From a virus, in IMG/VR virus record IMGVR_UViG_3300025195_000023, positions 9,087 through 73,086 of that record: a DNA stretch of 64,000 bases; one strand, written 5' to 3'. Below the pieces are notes generated by a model, which saw only the letters and a program-made list of their open reading frames with translations, was not told the origin of the DNA and did no database searches. The position numbers were made by a program, and so were the translations under genes. This document shows, one piece after another, positions 29,205-39,414 of the stretch (position 1 is its first letter; every line of letters starts with the position of its first letter).

Positions 29205-31420
29205 AGAAAGGTATCCCCTAGTGTGTTATGTGTTGTTGGTAGTGTAAGGGATATGTCTACGTAAGACTCGACGGATTTATATATGACTGTCCCAATATTA
29301 CCAACATGCACAGTACGGTTATAGAAGTCGTCCGGGCTTTCTCCAATGTGAACCGATGGTACTTGCCCGATGAACTGATATGGATCCAGAAAATCATTGG
29401 TCTCCAATAGTTTCATGGCTTGTTCCAGTTCCGCCATCTTCTGGTCTTTCAATGCGGATAACTCTTCCCCTTCTGCCATAACCGCTTTTAAGTCTTGTTC
29501 CAACATATAGTTGGTCGCATCCATTAACGACGTGGACAGATTCAGGTAGGTTGTCGCATCCGGTACCAGGTCAAAGGCACTGCCTGCTGAGCCTGTAGCC
29601 AGGGCAATGACAGCAATTACAACAGCTGCCTCTACCCCGATTTCCTTAACCACCAGGCGAAACGCATAGGTTGACAGAACAAAGGCACCAACCATGACGA
29701 AGATCATAGCTGCAGCCAACATATAGAGGCCCAATTTAATTGCAGCTGCTATAAGCGGGGCCCCTTTACCCAATGTGAATACCGTAATAACAACCGCAGC
29801 CACAATAAGTAAATTTTTGAAGAACGTCCGTTCGTACCACTTTACTTTTTGCGTGACCCTACTGTTGAAAACCAAATGTAGGCTACGGAAATATAATTGT
29901 TCCCTGACCGGTAATGGGAGTTCCTGAGCCAGTTCGTAATCCACAGGAATCAATACCTTTCCGGAGCCAGCACTACCTTCGTGGGCATAGCCTCGCCAAA
30001 TGTCATAACGCATACGTGGATTAATGACCTGGATCTCATCCACCAGGGTTTCTGATATTTGGTGACGTATGCTGACAACTTCGTATTCATAGTTCCGGGA
30101 AACTCGTCGGACGGTCTCACCCATACTGGTGGTGTGTTCATAGGTCTCCGTCATCGTCTCTGTACGAATCCGGGTAGTGTAGGTACCCACCTTCCCTTCT
30201 TTGGCCGGTCGCACACGCTGCAGGATCTCCCCAAAGCTCAGCGTGGTATGGTAGTCCGCATCACGCCAGACGATGGCATTACCCGACAAGGACGCCACAG
30301 ACAATGAAGGTGACCGCCGGGGCGTCTGACGGTATAACCGCGAGAAGAACCGGTGCAGGTAGCGACGCTCGGCCTGCGACGTGGCATTGATCGGAACCGC
30401 GGCCAACATGACGGCCTGTTCCACATACTCAATATCCGGGTTCTCATGGATCTGGGCACCCAATTCTGCGTAATCCACTCCAATCATACTCAAGAGCTTC
30501 TCGGTGTCCTTGTATTCCTGCGTTCCACGGTACTTCTCGGCCGTGCGGTCTTCCCGGTGATGTCGGAACATGAAGAAGGGGAAATAGGTGCCTGGGCTGG
30601 TGTAGTTCACGTTGAAAACCTGGTTCAACTCCGGATAGGTGGTGTCCCCATCCATGTACGTCCAGTACTTGGTTTTGCCCTCTGCCGTGATGTATTTCAC
30701 CTGGAAGAACTCCCGGTCCTCTGGGTAGTCGCCCATGGGAACGTCCAGGGTTTCCCGTTTCAGTCCACCGGACTCCCATACGATATGGATACGGGCTTTC
30801 TCAGGACTGTCCGGATCCAGTTCATACCCGGCCGGGGTGATAGCACCGCCCAGACCTTGCGTCATGGCCGGGCGTGTGGGTGTTTTACCTGCCCGGGGGT
30901 TATCACCCCACGAGTACACTGCGCCTGCCTCAGTGTCCTCCGAGGAAGCCAGGGGATACACCGCCACAATGTCTTCCAGGTACACCGTTGCACCCTTGGT
31001 CTTGGATAGGCCCGGGATCTCGTTGGTAGCCGGATCATAGTCATACTCGTCCACCAGGTGTTGCCAACCCACATGGATCGGGTTGAGCTGGGCAAACTGG
31101 GAGTACTCGATGGTCACCGCCTGACCTTCAATCCGTTCAAGGACCTGGCGAATTACGTCAGAGCCTGTATTGCGATTCAAGACGTGGGCATTAGGCAACC
31201 CGTACACATAGTTCCCTCGCTTGGCGTGGCGATACATGCGTTGCATGTCCAGTACCGGCCCATTGAGGGATTCCTCGATCATGGTGTCTACCATACCCTC
31301 GTTTCGCATCAGTCCCATGATCATGGCTTGCTTGATGGTGTCTGGCATTGCGCTATCTTCAACCACCCGGACTACGCTGGTATCGACGCTGGTTTTCTTC
31401 TTGCTGCTGAATAGCCCCAT
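29201..31420 (-). CDS. Structural protein (N4 gp53-like)
   Basis: MGLFSSKKK start behind GGAG; KVKWYE followed by hydrophobic segments; ESPDDFYNRT. Confidence 0.75.
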   Translation of the reverse strand: MGLFSSKKKTSVDTSVVRVVEDSAMPDTIKQAMIMGLMRNEGMVDTMIEESLNGPVLDMQRMYRHAKRGNYVYGLPNAHVLNRNTGSDVIRQVLERIEGQAVTIEYSQFAQLNPIHVGWQHLVDEYDYDPATNEIPGLSKTKGATVYLEDIVAVYPLASSEDTEAGAVYSWGDNPRAGKTPTRPAMTQGLGGAITPAGYELDPDSPEKARIHIVWESGGLKRETLDVPMGDYPEDREFFQVKYITAEGKTKYWTYMDGDTTYPELNQVFNVNYTSPGTYFPFFMFRHHREDRTAEKYRGTQEYKDTEKLLSMIGVDYAELGAQIHENPDIEYVEQAVMLAAVPINATSQAERRYLHRFFSRLYRQTPRRSPSLSVASLSGNAIVWRDADYHTTLSFGEILQRVRPAKEGKVGTYTTRIRTETMTETYEHTTSMGETVRRVSRNYEYEVVSIRHQISETLVDEIQVINPRMRYDIWRGYAHEGSAGSGKVLIPVDYELAQELPLPVREQLYFRSLHLVFNSRVTQKVKWYERTFFKNLLIVAAVVITVFTLGKGAPLIAAAIKLGLYMLAAAMIFVMVGAFVLSTYAFRLVVKEIGVEAAVVIAVIALATGSAGSAFDLVPDATTYLNLSTSLMDATNYMLEQDLKAVMAEGEELSALKDQKMAELEQAMKLLETNDFLDPYQFIGQVPSVHIGESPDDFYNRTVHVGNIGTVIYKSVESYVDISLTLPTTHNTLGDTFL

Positions 31421-31435
31421 TACTTGCTCCTGTAC

Positions 31436-31466
31436 AAAAGAAAAGGGAGCCCTATGGCTCCCCTTC
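31436..31466 (-). terminator. Intrinsic terminator after the gp54-like gene
   Basis: Minus strand GGGAGCC-atag-GGCTCCC-TTTTCTTTT. Confidence 0.65.
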
Positions 31467-31490
31467 ATTCTCCGGATTTATCAGCTGGCT

Positions 31491-32369
31491 TCAGGCATTT
31501 ACGCCGTTCAGCATGGCATCCACCGCTCGTTTGATGGCTGCATCGTTCAGACCATTACCATCTACGGTCTGGCCACCGTCCGTCGTTTGTCGGACGTTCC
31601 AGGTATCAATCATGATCTTTGCGGTCTTCTGCTCAGCATCTCGTTTGAACCCGTTGGCCTGAGCGTCGTACAGCGACTTCTGCTTGCCAACCACGGAGTC
31701 AGCGTCTACACCTACACCGGAGGTCTGGGCCTGCTCGGTTACCTTCTTCTGGTTCAGCAATGCCGTCTCGGATACCAGCTTGAGCTTCTGCTCCATCAGA
31801 ATGTCGTACTCGCCACGGAGCTTACATTCCTGGGCCACCAGTACAGTGTTCTCGGTGATGGCATTGGCGGTCTGTTGCTCGATCAAACCTGTCTGTGCTT
31901 CGGTCTGTGTCTTTTCCGCCTGCAGGTTCTGCAGCTGCTGCTCCTGTACGGCCGCCTGGGCATCCAGTAACGCACCCTGTTTGGGAATGTTCAGGGCCTC
32001 TGCAGTCAGGTTGGCGGTCTGCTGCTCAATCTGAACTGTCTGGGATTTGATCTGATCTTCCTGGGCGGCCAGATTCAGTGTCTGCTGCTCGATCTGAGCC
32101 TGGTTCAGGCCTTCGGTGATCAGTTGCTTTTCCAGAAGCTGGGCTTCCAGGTCCACTTTCTGCTGAGCCAGGAGGAACTGCAGTGAGCGGTCCATGACCG
32201 CCTGCAAGGCCCCGAGGTAGACCGTGGCATACTCACTGCCTTTGATCCGGCCCTTTGAGTACTCTGCGTCGATATGGGCCTCGGTGGCCCGCATAAGCTC
32301 GTCGAAGATGCCGTTTCCGTTCAAACTCTCCTGACCGGCTGTCAGGTCGGAAATCGTAACTGCTGCCAT
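31491..32369 (-). CDS. Structural protein (N4 gp54-like)
   Basis: GNGIFDELM...EYSKGRIKG.EYA.VY; VGKQKSLY..Q..GFKRDAE. Confidence 0.8.
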   Translation of the reverse strand: MAAVTISDLTAGQESLNGNGIFDELMRATEAHIDAEYSKGRIKGSEYATVYLGALQAVMDRSLQFLLAQQKVDLEAQLLEKQLITEGLNQAQIEQQTLNLAAQEDQIKSQTVQIEQQTANLTAEALNIPKQGALLDAQAAVQEQQLQNLQAEKTQTEAQTGLIEQQTANAITENTVLVAQECKLRGEYDILMEQKLKLVSETALLNQKKVTEQAQTSGVGVDADSVVGKQKSLYDAQANGFKRDAEQKTAKIMIDTWNVRQTTDGGQTVDGNGLNDAAIKRAVDAMLNGVNA

Positions 32370-32390
32370 GGGTCTACCTCAGTCCTGTGG

Positions 32391-32936
32391 TTAAGCGGCG
32401 GCTGTGCCAGCGGCCATTGCCTGGCGTTGGGCCAGTTTCTTGAGTTCCTCTTCTGTCAGAGGCGGCAGCTCTTCAACGTTGAAGGCATTGATCAGCTTAC
32501 CCTCACGGACAGGACGTCCACGGTCGTCACGCTTGGAAACAAACACCTGGCACTGTTTACGTTTGATCATCTTCAGGATGATGCGGGGAACATGCCACTC
32601 GGTATCGAAGGGGACGTACTTCTTGAAGGTACCGGTGATCCGGTTACCCGCACAAAAAATATCGCCGTCGTATTCTTTACGGTTGGGATCCATGCAGGTC
32701 ACACGGACACGAACCAGTTCAGAGGCCTCTTTGATCAGGCGCCGACGTTTGGCTCCTTCGGTCTCTTCCGCTTCTGGTTTGGTTTCTTCGTCGTTAGTGG
32801 CGCCCATGGCTTCCTCGATCTTTTCACGTAGTTTGTCTTCACCGATGTTCGGGTGATACTTGATGCCCAGCACATCCGCTCGGGACTTCAGTGAATCAAG
32901 TGCGGACTCGGTTACGTTGTCTTCAGACATTCTCAT
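32391..32936 (-). CDS. N4 gp55-like protein
   Basis: LKSRADVLGIKYHPNIG; LVRVRVTCMDP; LPPLTEEELKKLA. Confidence 0.8.
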   Translation of the reverse strand: MRMSEDNVTESALDSLKSRADVLGIKYHPNIGEDKLREKIEEAMGATNDEETKPEAEETEGAKRRRLIKEASELVRVRVTCMDPNRKEYDGDIFCAGNRITGTFKKYVPFDTEWHVPRIILKMIKRKQCQVFVSKRDDRGRPVREGKLINAFNVEELPPLTEEELKKLAQRQAMAAGTAAA

Positions 32937-32956
32937 CTACTCCAGTTGTTCGTAGG

Positions 32957-32988
32957 AAAAGGATGGGAGGGGTTATCCCCTCCCAGCC
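32957..32988 (-). terminator. Terminator after major capsid gene
   Basis: GGGAGGGG/CCCCTCCC hairpin with a T-run on the minus strand. Confidence 0.6.
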
Positions 32989-32993
32989 ATGGA

Positions 32994-34163
32994 TCACATC
33001 GGGGCTGCGGTTTTCACCAGGCCGATACGCTCCGGACGCTCCAGCAGGAAGCCGTAGTACCACTTGATGGACATGAAGCCAGTCTCACCATACGGGTCAG
33101 AACGATCCGCGGTTTCAGTACCAGGCTTCTTGTGGGTGATCTTGAACTTCACTGTCTTACCGTCGGTCTGGAAACCAATGGTAGAGAAGGAAGAGTCACC
33201 AACCACCAGCATCGGGAACACGTCGAACTTGCCACCGGTTGCGAAGTGAGTAGTGTTATCTAGTACCGCAGCACCAGCACCGGCCCACTTCATCATTTCC
33301 GGAACCACGACGATGCGGAACTTGCCCACGGTACCGATCTCACCGTTCAGAACAGTACCGCCTGCGGCGTACTTCTCGACGGAGATAAAGGCACGCTCAC
33401 CGTGCAGATCCTTCATGCCTTCCAGGAGGGGCTGAAGTTCAGAACCGATGTACATCACACGACCACCAGGCAGAGTCTTGGTGTCAACCAGACGGGTACC
33501 GGTGATGATCTTGGTCTGCTTCGGAGTACGGTTGTTGTCCAGGTCGATGGACAGACGCAGCAGGTCGTCGTAGGTCACCTCAGAGGTGGCATCTACTTCG
33601 GCATCGTCAGTGGCAGTACCACCAAACTTGACCACACCAGCCGCGTTCAGCAGGTCGATCTGCAGCAGATCCTCGGTGATCTCGTTAGCACCGTTCAGCA
33701 TTTCACGGTTAACGTGCATCATCAGATCAGCGTCAGTATCGAAGTCCAGGGATTCCTGGGTGTACTCGTCGAAGAAACCGAACTTGGCGATGGTGCCTTC
33801 GATTTCCTTACGCTTGAAACCAACACGGTTAACGCGGCCGCCGGTTTCGGACAGCACAGGCATCTTGCCGGTGATGGTGCCCACATCTTTGCTGGAACCG
33901 TACAGGTTACCGTTCTCGATGGTGGCGCCATTGGCGTCAATACCCTGGTCGTTGATGTTGGCATCGTCGAGCAGCGGCAGGTAATGGTACTTCCGCAGCG
34001 TCTTACCCATGTGCTTGGGCATAGCGGTTACGTCCGCCAGCTGGCCAAAGTACTGTTCCTTACGCATCTCGATGAGAGCGCGTTTGATGTAATGATCCGT
34101 GCGGAGCTGCTTACCGATACCGGACGGAGCACCGTTTACTGGATCGTTATATTGTCTGGACAT
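32994..34163 (-). CDS. Major capsid protein (N4 gp56 family)
   Basis: [56 protein letters not shown]. Confidence 0.95.
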   Translation of the reverse strand: MSRQYNDPVNGAPSGIGKQLRTDHYIKRALIEMRKEQYFGQLADVTAMPKHMGKTLRKYHYLPLLDDANINDQGIDANGATIENGNLYGSSKDVGTITGKMPVLSETGGRVNRVGFKRKEIEGTIAKFGFFDEYTQESLDFDTDADLMMHVNREMLNGANEITEDLLQIDLLNAAGVVKFGGTATDDAEVDATSEVTYDDLLRLSIDLDNNRTPKQTKIITGTRLVDTKTLPGGRVMYIGSELQPLLEGMKDLHGERAFISVEKYAAGGTVLNGEIGTVGKFRIVVVPEMMKWAGAGAAVLDNTTHFATGGKFDVFPMLVVGDSSFSTIGFQTDGKTVKFKITHKKPGTETADRSDPYGETGFMSIKWYYGFLLERPERIGLVKTAAPM

Positions 34164-34179
34164 AGGCTACCCTTAATTC

Positions 34180-35364
34180 TTACAGGAGATTTGGATCGAA
34201 CGCCTTCTCGAACTCGTCATCCGGCAGTGACAGCGGATTAAAGTCCGGTGCTTTCGCAGCAGGCTTTTGTCTGGTTGAGCTTGCGGCTCGTTTTTTCTGG
34301 TTGAGCTTCGGGTCCGGTTTACGGGCTACGCGCTTCTTCACCACGGTCTTACCTTCGGATGCGTTATCAGCAGTGCCTGGTGTTTCCGTAGTGTTAAAGG
34401 CGCCCTCGCGGTGCAACCGTTCGCCTACCTGGTTGTAGGCTTCCAGATCCGAGAGCCCGGACAAGCGACCAAACGTGCGTTCCTTCTCGACCTCACTGGA
34501 CACCTTTTCAAAGATCCCACTGGCCATGTGGTCATTGATGGTCTCAATCAGTGTTGGGTCATTGGCGATGAACTGCTTGCTCTTGCTATCCCACTTATTG
34601 CTGATGACGTCGATGGTGTTGGCATACGTAGGTGTGTCCTGGATCCGTTCCAGTACCTCGTCCAACGCCATCTCCCGATCATCGACAGTGTAAGTTTCGG
34701 GCTTGTAGTCGCTATCACTGTCAACATCCATTTCAAGCGGATCCAGTCCGCTATCCTTGATCAACTTCTGAATGGCTTCTGGCTTCTTCTTATCCAGGTC
34801 AATCAGATAATTGAGTCGGTCTTCACCCAGAAGGTCATGCTTTTCCAGCAGCTTCAGGGTCTTCAAAGACGGCTTCAGTGCAGCCATCTTCTTGTTGTAG
34901 TTAGCGCCCATCTGCATGAGGGTACGAACCTCGTCGATGGACTTGACCTGCATTTCTTTACCGTTGGCCTTGAACGGGGCCATCAGGCGTTCGTATTCCG
35001 CCTTGTAGTCAATGGCCTCAGTATCCTGGTCCTCGCTGGCATCTTCGTCTTCGTCCTCATCGGACGCTTCGGCGTCATCCAGTTCGTCGGTGTCGGATGC
35101 TTCGTCGTCATCAAGGGCCTCCTCATCGGTACCCTCATCAACGTCTTCATTCTCTTCCTCGTAGGAGGAATCCTCAGCGTCGTCCTCTTCCGGCTGCGCC
35201 TCCGAGTCCTCGGCGTCGGATTCCTCCAAAGCACCCTCTTCCTCAGTCAGTTCAGGCTCGTCGTAGGCGGCCTCAAACGCTGAGGGGTCCATCTGAGCAA
35301 AGGCATCATCGGACATGCCCAGGGCATCCTGTGCCTGGTCATTGGTCTCAGTAGTCATGCTCAT
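34180..35364 (-). CDS. N4 gp57-like protein (acidic N-terminus; scaffold/tape-measure annotation)
   Basis: Long Asp/Glu tract, then APFKANG...LMQMGANYNKKM. Confidence 0.85.
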   Translation of the reverse strand: MSMTTETNDQAQDALGMSDDAFAQMDPSAFEAAYDEPELTEEEGALEESDAEDSEAQPEEDDAEDSSYEEENEDVDEGTDEEALDDDEASDTDELDDAEASDEDEDEDASEDQDTEAIDYKAEYERLMAPFKANGKEMQVKSIDEVRTLMQMGANYNKKMAALKPSLKTLKLLEKHDLLGEDRLNYLIDLDKKKPEAIQKLIKDSGLDPLEMDVDSDSDYKPETYTVDDREMALDEVLERIQDTPTYANTIDVISNKWDSKSKQFIANDPTLIETINDHMASGIFEKVSSEVEKERTFGRLSGLSDLEAYNQVGERLHREGAFNTTETPGTADNASEGKTVVKKRVARKPDPKLNQKKRAASSTRQKPAAKAPDFNPLSLPDDEFEKAFDPNLL

Positions 35365-35705
35365 TCATCGGCTCCTTCTGCACGCAGGTCGTCAAGAACG
35401 TCTTCACATTCACGAATAGCGTCCTTGGCCATTTCGGCCTGGTAACGCAAGAAGTTGAGGAACTGGGTAAAGGAACCAATGCCGTCAATGTCCCGAAGGA
35501 TATTGGCCTGGTGTTTTGGATCCTGCATGGCAGCATCACCCTTTGCATGAACAAGTCGAACAGCTTCTTTATTCAGATAGTGTTCCTGAATAACTTTTTT
35601 GAAGTCCCGGTTCTTTTCGAGACGTTCAAGGGATTTACCCAGCTCAACAAGTTCCTTGGCTTCCTTAATGTTCATTTCCAGTTCAACAACGTCTTGGCTA
35701 CTCAT
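35361..35705 (-). CDS. N4 gp58-like protein
   Basis: LERL..NRDFKKVI...Y...EAVRLV; between portal and gp57. Confidence 0.8.
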   Translation of the reverse strand: MSSQDVVELEMNIKEAKELVELGKSLERLEKNRDFKKVIQEHYLNKEAVRLVHAKGDAAMQDPKHQANILRDIDGIGSFTQFLNFLRYQAEMAKDAIRECEDVLDDLRAEGADE

Positions 35706-35791
35706 AATAAGTCCGGCTCTACTGCGTTAGTGGTCAATAGGTTTTAACTTTCAAGAACCTTAAACAAATTCAAATCGTTTATCACAACTTT

Positions 35792-37939
35792 TTATTCACG
35801 GTTCTTCATTAAGTATTCCCGGAGCTTATTACTATGCTCTTCCTGTTGTTTAAGTTGATGCTCAAGTATCTTTGTCTTTCCTTGCGCTTCAGCTTGTGCG
35901 GCTTGTTTCTGCAAATCGCGTTCCTGTTTAACGCCCGACTCTTGTTCCACATAATCCAGGTTCTTCAAATCGGTATCGCTTTGCAGGTTGGATGCTTTCG
36001 CAGAATCCAGCTGAGCATTGGCCCGGTTCTCAATGATCTTGGAATCAATCTCCTCAATCTCTTTTTGAAGTTTGAGCAGTTCCAGTCGCTGGATTTCCTG
36101 TTGGATCGGATCCGGTTGCGGCTGGAAGGTCTCAATGCGGTGAGCCAGGTCAGGCATCTTCCGCAGCGTGGCAATTTCAGACAGGATGATCTTGCGTAGG
36201 TTGGGGTCTTCGTTGGGACCCAGGGTCTGTAGCATGAAGGCCAGCTCACTGGCTTTCTTCTCGTCTTCCTCGGCGGTGGAGATGGACAGCTTCAGGTCAT
36301 ACTGGCCAGCCAGCTCGTCCCGACGAATCTCGACGTACTCTCCGTTGGTTACACGGACCACTTCTTTCTCGTCCAGGAACACTGCGTTCATGGCCACGAT
36401 CTTCCGGGCAATCTGGATCATCCCATCAGACAGGCGACGGAGGATACCCATCTCCCGCTTGGAGGCCGCATCCAGGGCACCTCGAACACTGGCGGCCACA
36501 TCACCCAGGGAAGTACCCGACACACCCTGGCTGTAGGCTTTCACACCGGTCAGGGACTCCGCTTCCATGTTCTGGCTCTGTAGCATGAACTGAGCGGACT
36601 GCGGGATCTCAGGGAAGGTGTGCATGTTGACGCCCTGACGTGGGTCCACGTTGGCGTTGAACTCGTAGTCCAGTCCCTGGCGGAACCGTCGCTTGTTTAC
36701 GGCATCGAGCATGTCTTTACGCATGCCCATCTGACCGTTGGCACTTCGACCGAGGATATCAATCATGCCGCGGGTCACCGCACCCATGATCTTCTGGTTG
36801 TCTTCCAGCAGGGCCCCATCCGGTTCACCGTAGATGGAACGGCGTTTGGGCAGGTACTGGATAACGACAAAAGGAATTTCCTGGTCCGGGTAGGGGTTGT
36901 CTTCCATCCGGATCAGTGTGTCACCAACCCAGCTGGCTACAATAGGCTTAACAACACCAGAACCATCAATATCACGATATCCCCAGTACTCATAAACGAC
37001 AATTTTCTTACGGGCCTCGTCTGCAAAGCTGAAACCAGACGACGTATCGGAGCCATGGTCTGGCTCGGACAATGGGGTACTGTTTGAGAGATTGATCTTG
37101 TCGAGGTTGGTGTATTTTCCATCTTTTTCCAGTTCCGATAGCGAGGACTCAAAGCTGTAAATGACAAAGCTGGCTTTACTGATATCACCTTGGCAGGTCG
37201 GGTCGATGATAACGTTGCGGTAGTCACAAATATCAATCGTGGGTTGGTTAACCACGGTCTTGGAGACCATCTCCTTGACCATGCCTGTGATCTTGGGTCG
37301 GATCGGGTCACCAGTTTCAAGCGTAAGGTCGTGGGCTTCCTGGAGTTCTTCCGGTACTTCGGCATAGTACTCTCCTGGGTTGGCCGCCTTCATCTCTGCC
37401 AGCTCCTGGTGCAGCTCGGCATAGGTGGGATCCACCACGAATTCGACCTGGGGGACCTCCTCCTCCACTTCTTCTTCAATGAAGTCCCAGCCGACGCGGC
37501 AAATGATTGTGCCCTCGTCCACACCGGTACGCACGTATTCATCAATGAACTTGGTTTTATTGATGGCTCGGCGGAATTGGTAATTTAACAGGATCTGGTT
37601 TTGAACAGCGCCTTGTTTGTCTTCCCATGTAACAGGTTCAACGTCAAACAAGTCTTCGGTAGTAAGGAAGGGTTCTGTTAATGCAGCGTAACGCCACTCA
37701 GCTTGTTTACGGATCAGTTTAGGGACAATGCGAGAACGCCCTTTCGGGGCATTTACTTTCGCACTGCCTTCCACATTCAAGTTATCCAGGTACCGATCAA
37801 TCTGGCCAACTTGTTCTTGGTGAATGGAAGTAGCTTCCTGTAAATCCGCTTTCAATTCGCGGATTGACGGCTCCTTCTTCCATTTCGTTAGCCGGACATT
37901 ATTGTTGTCCAGGTCTATCACTTGTTCACTTTCACTCAT
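35792..37939 (-). CDS. Portal protein (N4 gp59-like)
   Basis: GRSRIVPKLIRKQAEWRY, YEYWG, NPYPD..IPFV, AESLTGVK. Confidence 0.93.
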   Translation of the reverse strand: MSESEQVIDLDNNNVRLTKWKKEPSIRELKADLQEATSIHQEQVGQIDRYLDNLNVEGSAKVNAPKGRSRIVPKLIRKQAEWRYAALTEPFLTTEDLFDVEPVTWEDKQGAVQNQILLNYQFRRAINKTKFIDEYVRTGVDEGTIICRVGWDFIEEEVEEEVPQVEFVVDPTYAELHQELAEMKAANPGEYYAEVPEELQEAHDLTLETGDPIRPKITGMVKEMVSKTVVNQPTIDICDYRNVIIDPTCQGDISKASFVIYSFESSLSELEKDGKYTNLDKINLSNSTPLSEPDHGSDTSSGFSFADEARKKIVVYEYWGYRDIDGSGVVKPIVASWVGDTLIRMEDNPYPDQEIPFVVIQYLPKRRSIYGEPDGALLEDNQKIMGAVTRGMIDILGRSANGQMGMRKDMLDAVNKRRFRQGLDYEFNANVDPRQGVNMHTFPEIPQSAQFMLQSQNMEAESLTGVKAYSQGVSGTSLGDVAASVRGALDAASKREMGILRRLSDGMIQIARKIVAMNAVFLDEKEVVRVTNGEYVEIRRDELAGQYDLKLSISTAEEDEKKASELAFMLQTLGPNEDPNLRKIILSEIATLRKMPDLAHRIETFQPQPDPIQQEIQRLELLKLQKEIEEIDSKIIENRANAQLDSAKASNLQSDTDLKNLDYVEQESGVKQERDLQKQAAQAEAQGKTKILEHQLKQQEEHSNKLREYLMKNRE

Positions 37940-38004
37940 AAGTGTGCAACCCCAGTCATGTACAGTTCGGTACATGGTATGTAAATCAAAAATGGAGTGC
38001 AGAA

Positions 38005-38436
38005 ATGAATATCAAACCATTACATGAAGGATTTAAGTGCCCAATTAAGGGATCCAGTGCTGCCGGGGGCTATGATATTTATATGCCTGAAGGTGGTGTA
38101 TTGGATCCTGTGGCCGATAAAGGGAAATTAGTGGGCCTGGGCTTTGCGGCCGAAGTCCCGCCTGGCCATGTGGCCAAGATTTACCCCAGATCCAGTACCG
38201 GAGCCAAGCACGGATTGGAGTTGAACAACACCGTAGGCATCATTGACGCGGATTATCGGGGCGAATGGATGGCTTGCTTGCGGGTAAAGGACGGACATGC
38301 CTTCTCGTGGGAAGCCGGTGACCGTATTTTGCAGTTTGTGATCGTGCCTGTGGCGGACGTCAACCTGATGGTGGTGGATGAGCTTGATGAAACACACCGC
38401 GGCGAAGGCGGTTTTGGTTCAACAGGAGAAAAGTGA
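38005..38436 (+). CDS. dut: Trimeric dUTPase
   Basis: AGGYD, PRSS, GIIDADYRGE, RILQ, RGEGGFGSTG motifs. Confidence 0.95.
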   Translation: MNIKPLHEGFKCPIKGSSAAGGYDIYMPEGGVLDPVADKGKLVGLGFAAEVPPGHVAKIYPRSSTGAKHGLELNNTVGIIDADYRGEWMACLRVKDGHAFSWEAGDRILQFVIVPVADVNLMVVDELDETHRGEGGFGSTGEK

Positions 38437-38735
38437 TGACAGAGAAAACGCTACACAACAGTGACGTATCCGGTGCGCGTGAAAACGTGAAGGACATTCG
38501 GGTGGTTGGTAACGGGGATTTGTTCCAGCTGCTGTGCAAGGCTTCAAGCCAGAAAGAGGGGTGGATGAAGTCCACCAAGGCTATGCAGACCGGCACTGGG
38601 TGCGTGGTCCAGGTGACCACTCAGCAACGCAACCCCGATGGAACGTATGCCGTGGCGGAAGCCGTAACGTTTGTTCCTGGGGTCACTATTGTTGAAGACA
38701 ATAACGGCGGGAGGAAACTCGTCGTAAAACTGTAA
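38433..38735 (+). CDS. Conserved hypothetical phage protein
   Basis: LLCKASSQKEGWMKSTKAM...GCVVQVTTQ; coupled to dut. Confidence 0.7.
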   Translation: MMTEKTLHNSDVSGARENVKDIRVVGNGDLFQLLCKASSQKEGWMKSTKAMQTGTGCVVQVTTQQRNPDGTYAVAEAVTFVPGVTIVEDNNGGRKLVVKL

Positions 38736-38764
38736 CGGTCAGGGGGCTAAGCCCCCTTTCCCCG

Positions 38765-39409
38765 TTATACCCACCCGTTACTGTGGAAACGATCCTGATG
38801 GTACCCCTGATCCAGGGGATATCCATCATTCACCAAGCGCTGACAGGCCTGCTCGTACTTGGCCGCGTAGTTGTTGCCATCATGGAAGGCCTCGGTCATC
38901 CCAATCGGGTTCATAACACGGCTGGCCACGAAGTACAGCAGTGGTTCCAGGTACATCGGAGGTAGGTCAATGTCCACCATGTTCGGTGGATAGTACGTCT
39001 CCTCCGTCCCGAAGGGTTTGTGGTCTGCCCGATAGGTCACCAGCAGCATGGTTGCATCCAGACTGGCCGGAACCACCAGGGTCCGGTAGTTCGGGGTATG
39101 TAGTGACTCAGGTTCGTTGAGGATATTGAGTAGGTACTCGTTGTCCTCCGTGTCCTTCACTGACTCAATCCGGAGTAAGTCAGGCAGATCCAGTACATAT
39201 CGAGTCTCTCCCGGCTCCAGAACCAGGGAGTGGACCTGCTCCTTGATGAAGAACCGTGTATGCAGTGCCGTCAGCCCCATACGGACGTGGGTCAACAGCT
39301 GCTTCTTGTTTTCTTCCGTCAGTTCGCCCCGGGACGGATCGGTGAGGAACACATTACGCAGCTCCCCATGGCTCAGGTGATCAAAGATATCTTGCAGTTT
39401 CATAGGCAC
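38765..39409 (-). CDS. Head-tail adaptor/structural protein (N4 gp67-like)
   Basis: LSHGEL, GLTALHTRF, YRADH, LLYFVASR; downstream of terminase. Confidence 0.8.
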   Translation of the reverse strand: MPMKLQDIFDHLSHGELRNVFLTDPSRGELTEENKKQLLTHVRMGLTALHTRFFIKEQVHSLVLEPGETRYVLDLPDLLRIESVKDTEDNEYLLNILNEPESLHTPNYRTLVVPASLDATMLLVTYRADHKPFGTEETYYPPNMVDIDLPPMYLEPLLYFVASRVMNPIGMTEAFHDGNNYAAKYEQACQRLVNDGYPLDQGYHQDRFHSNGWV

Positions 39410-39414
39410 TCCCG

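Noticed and set aside
35040-35290. Low-complexity TCx repeats
   Set aside because: Encode the acidic tract normal for gp57-like proteins.
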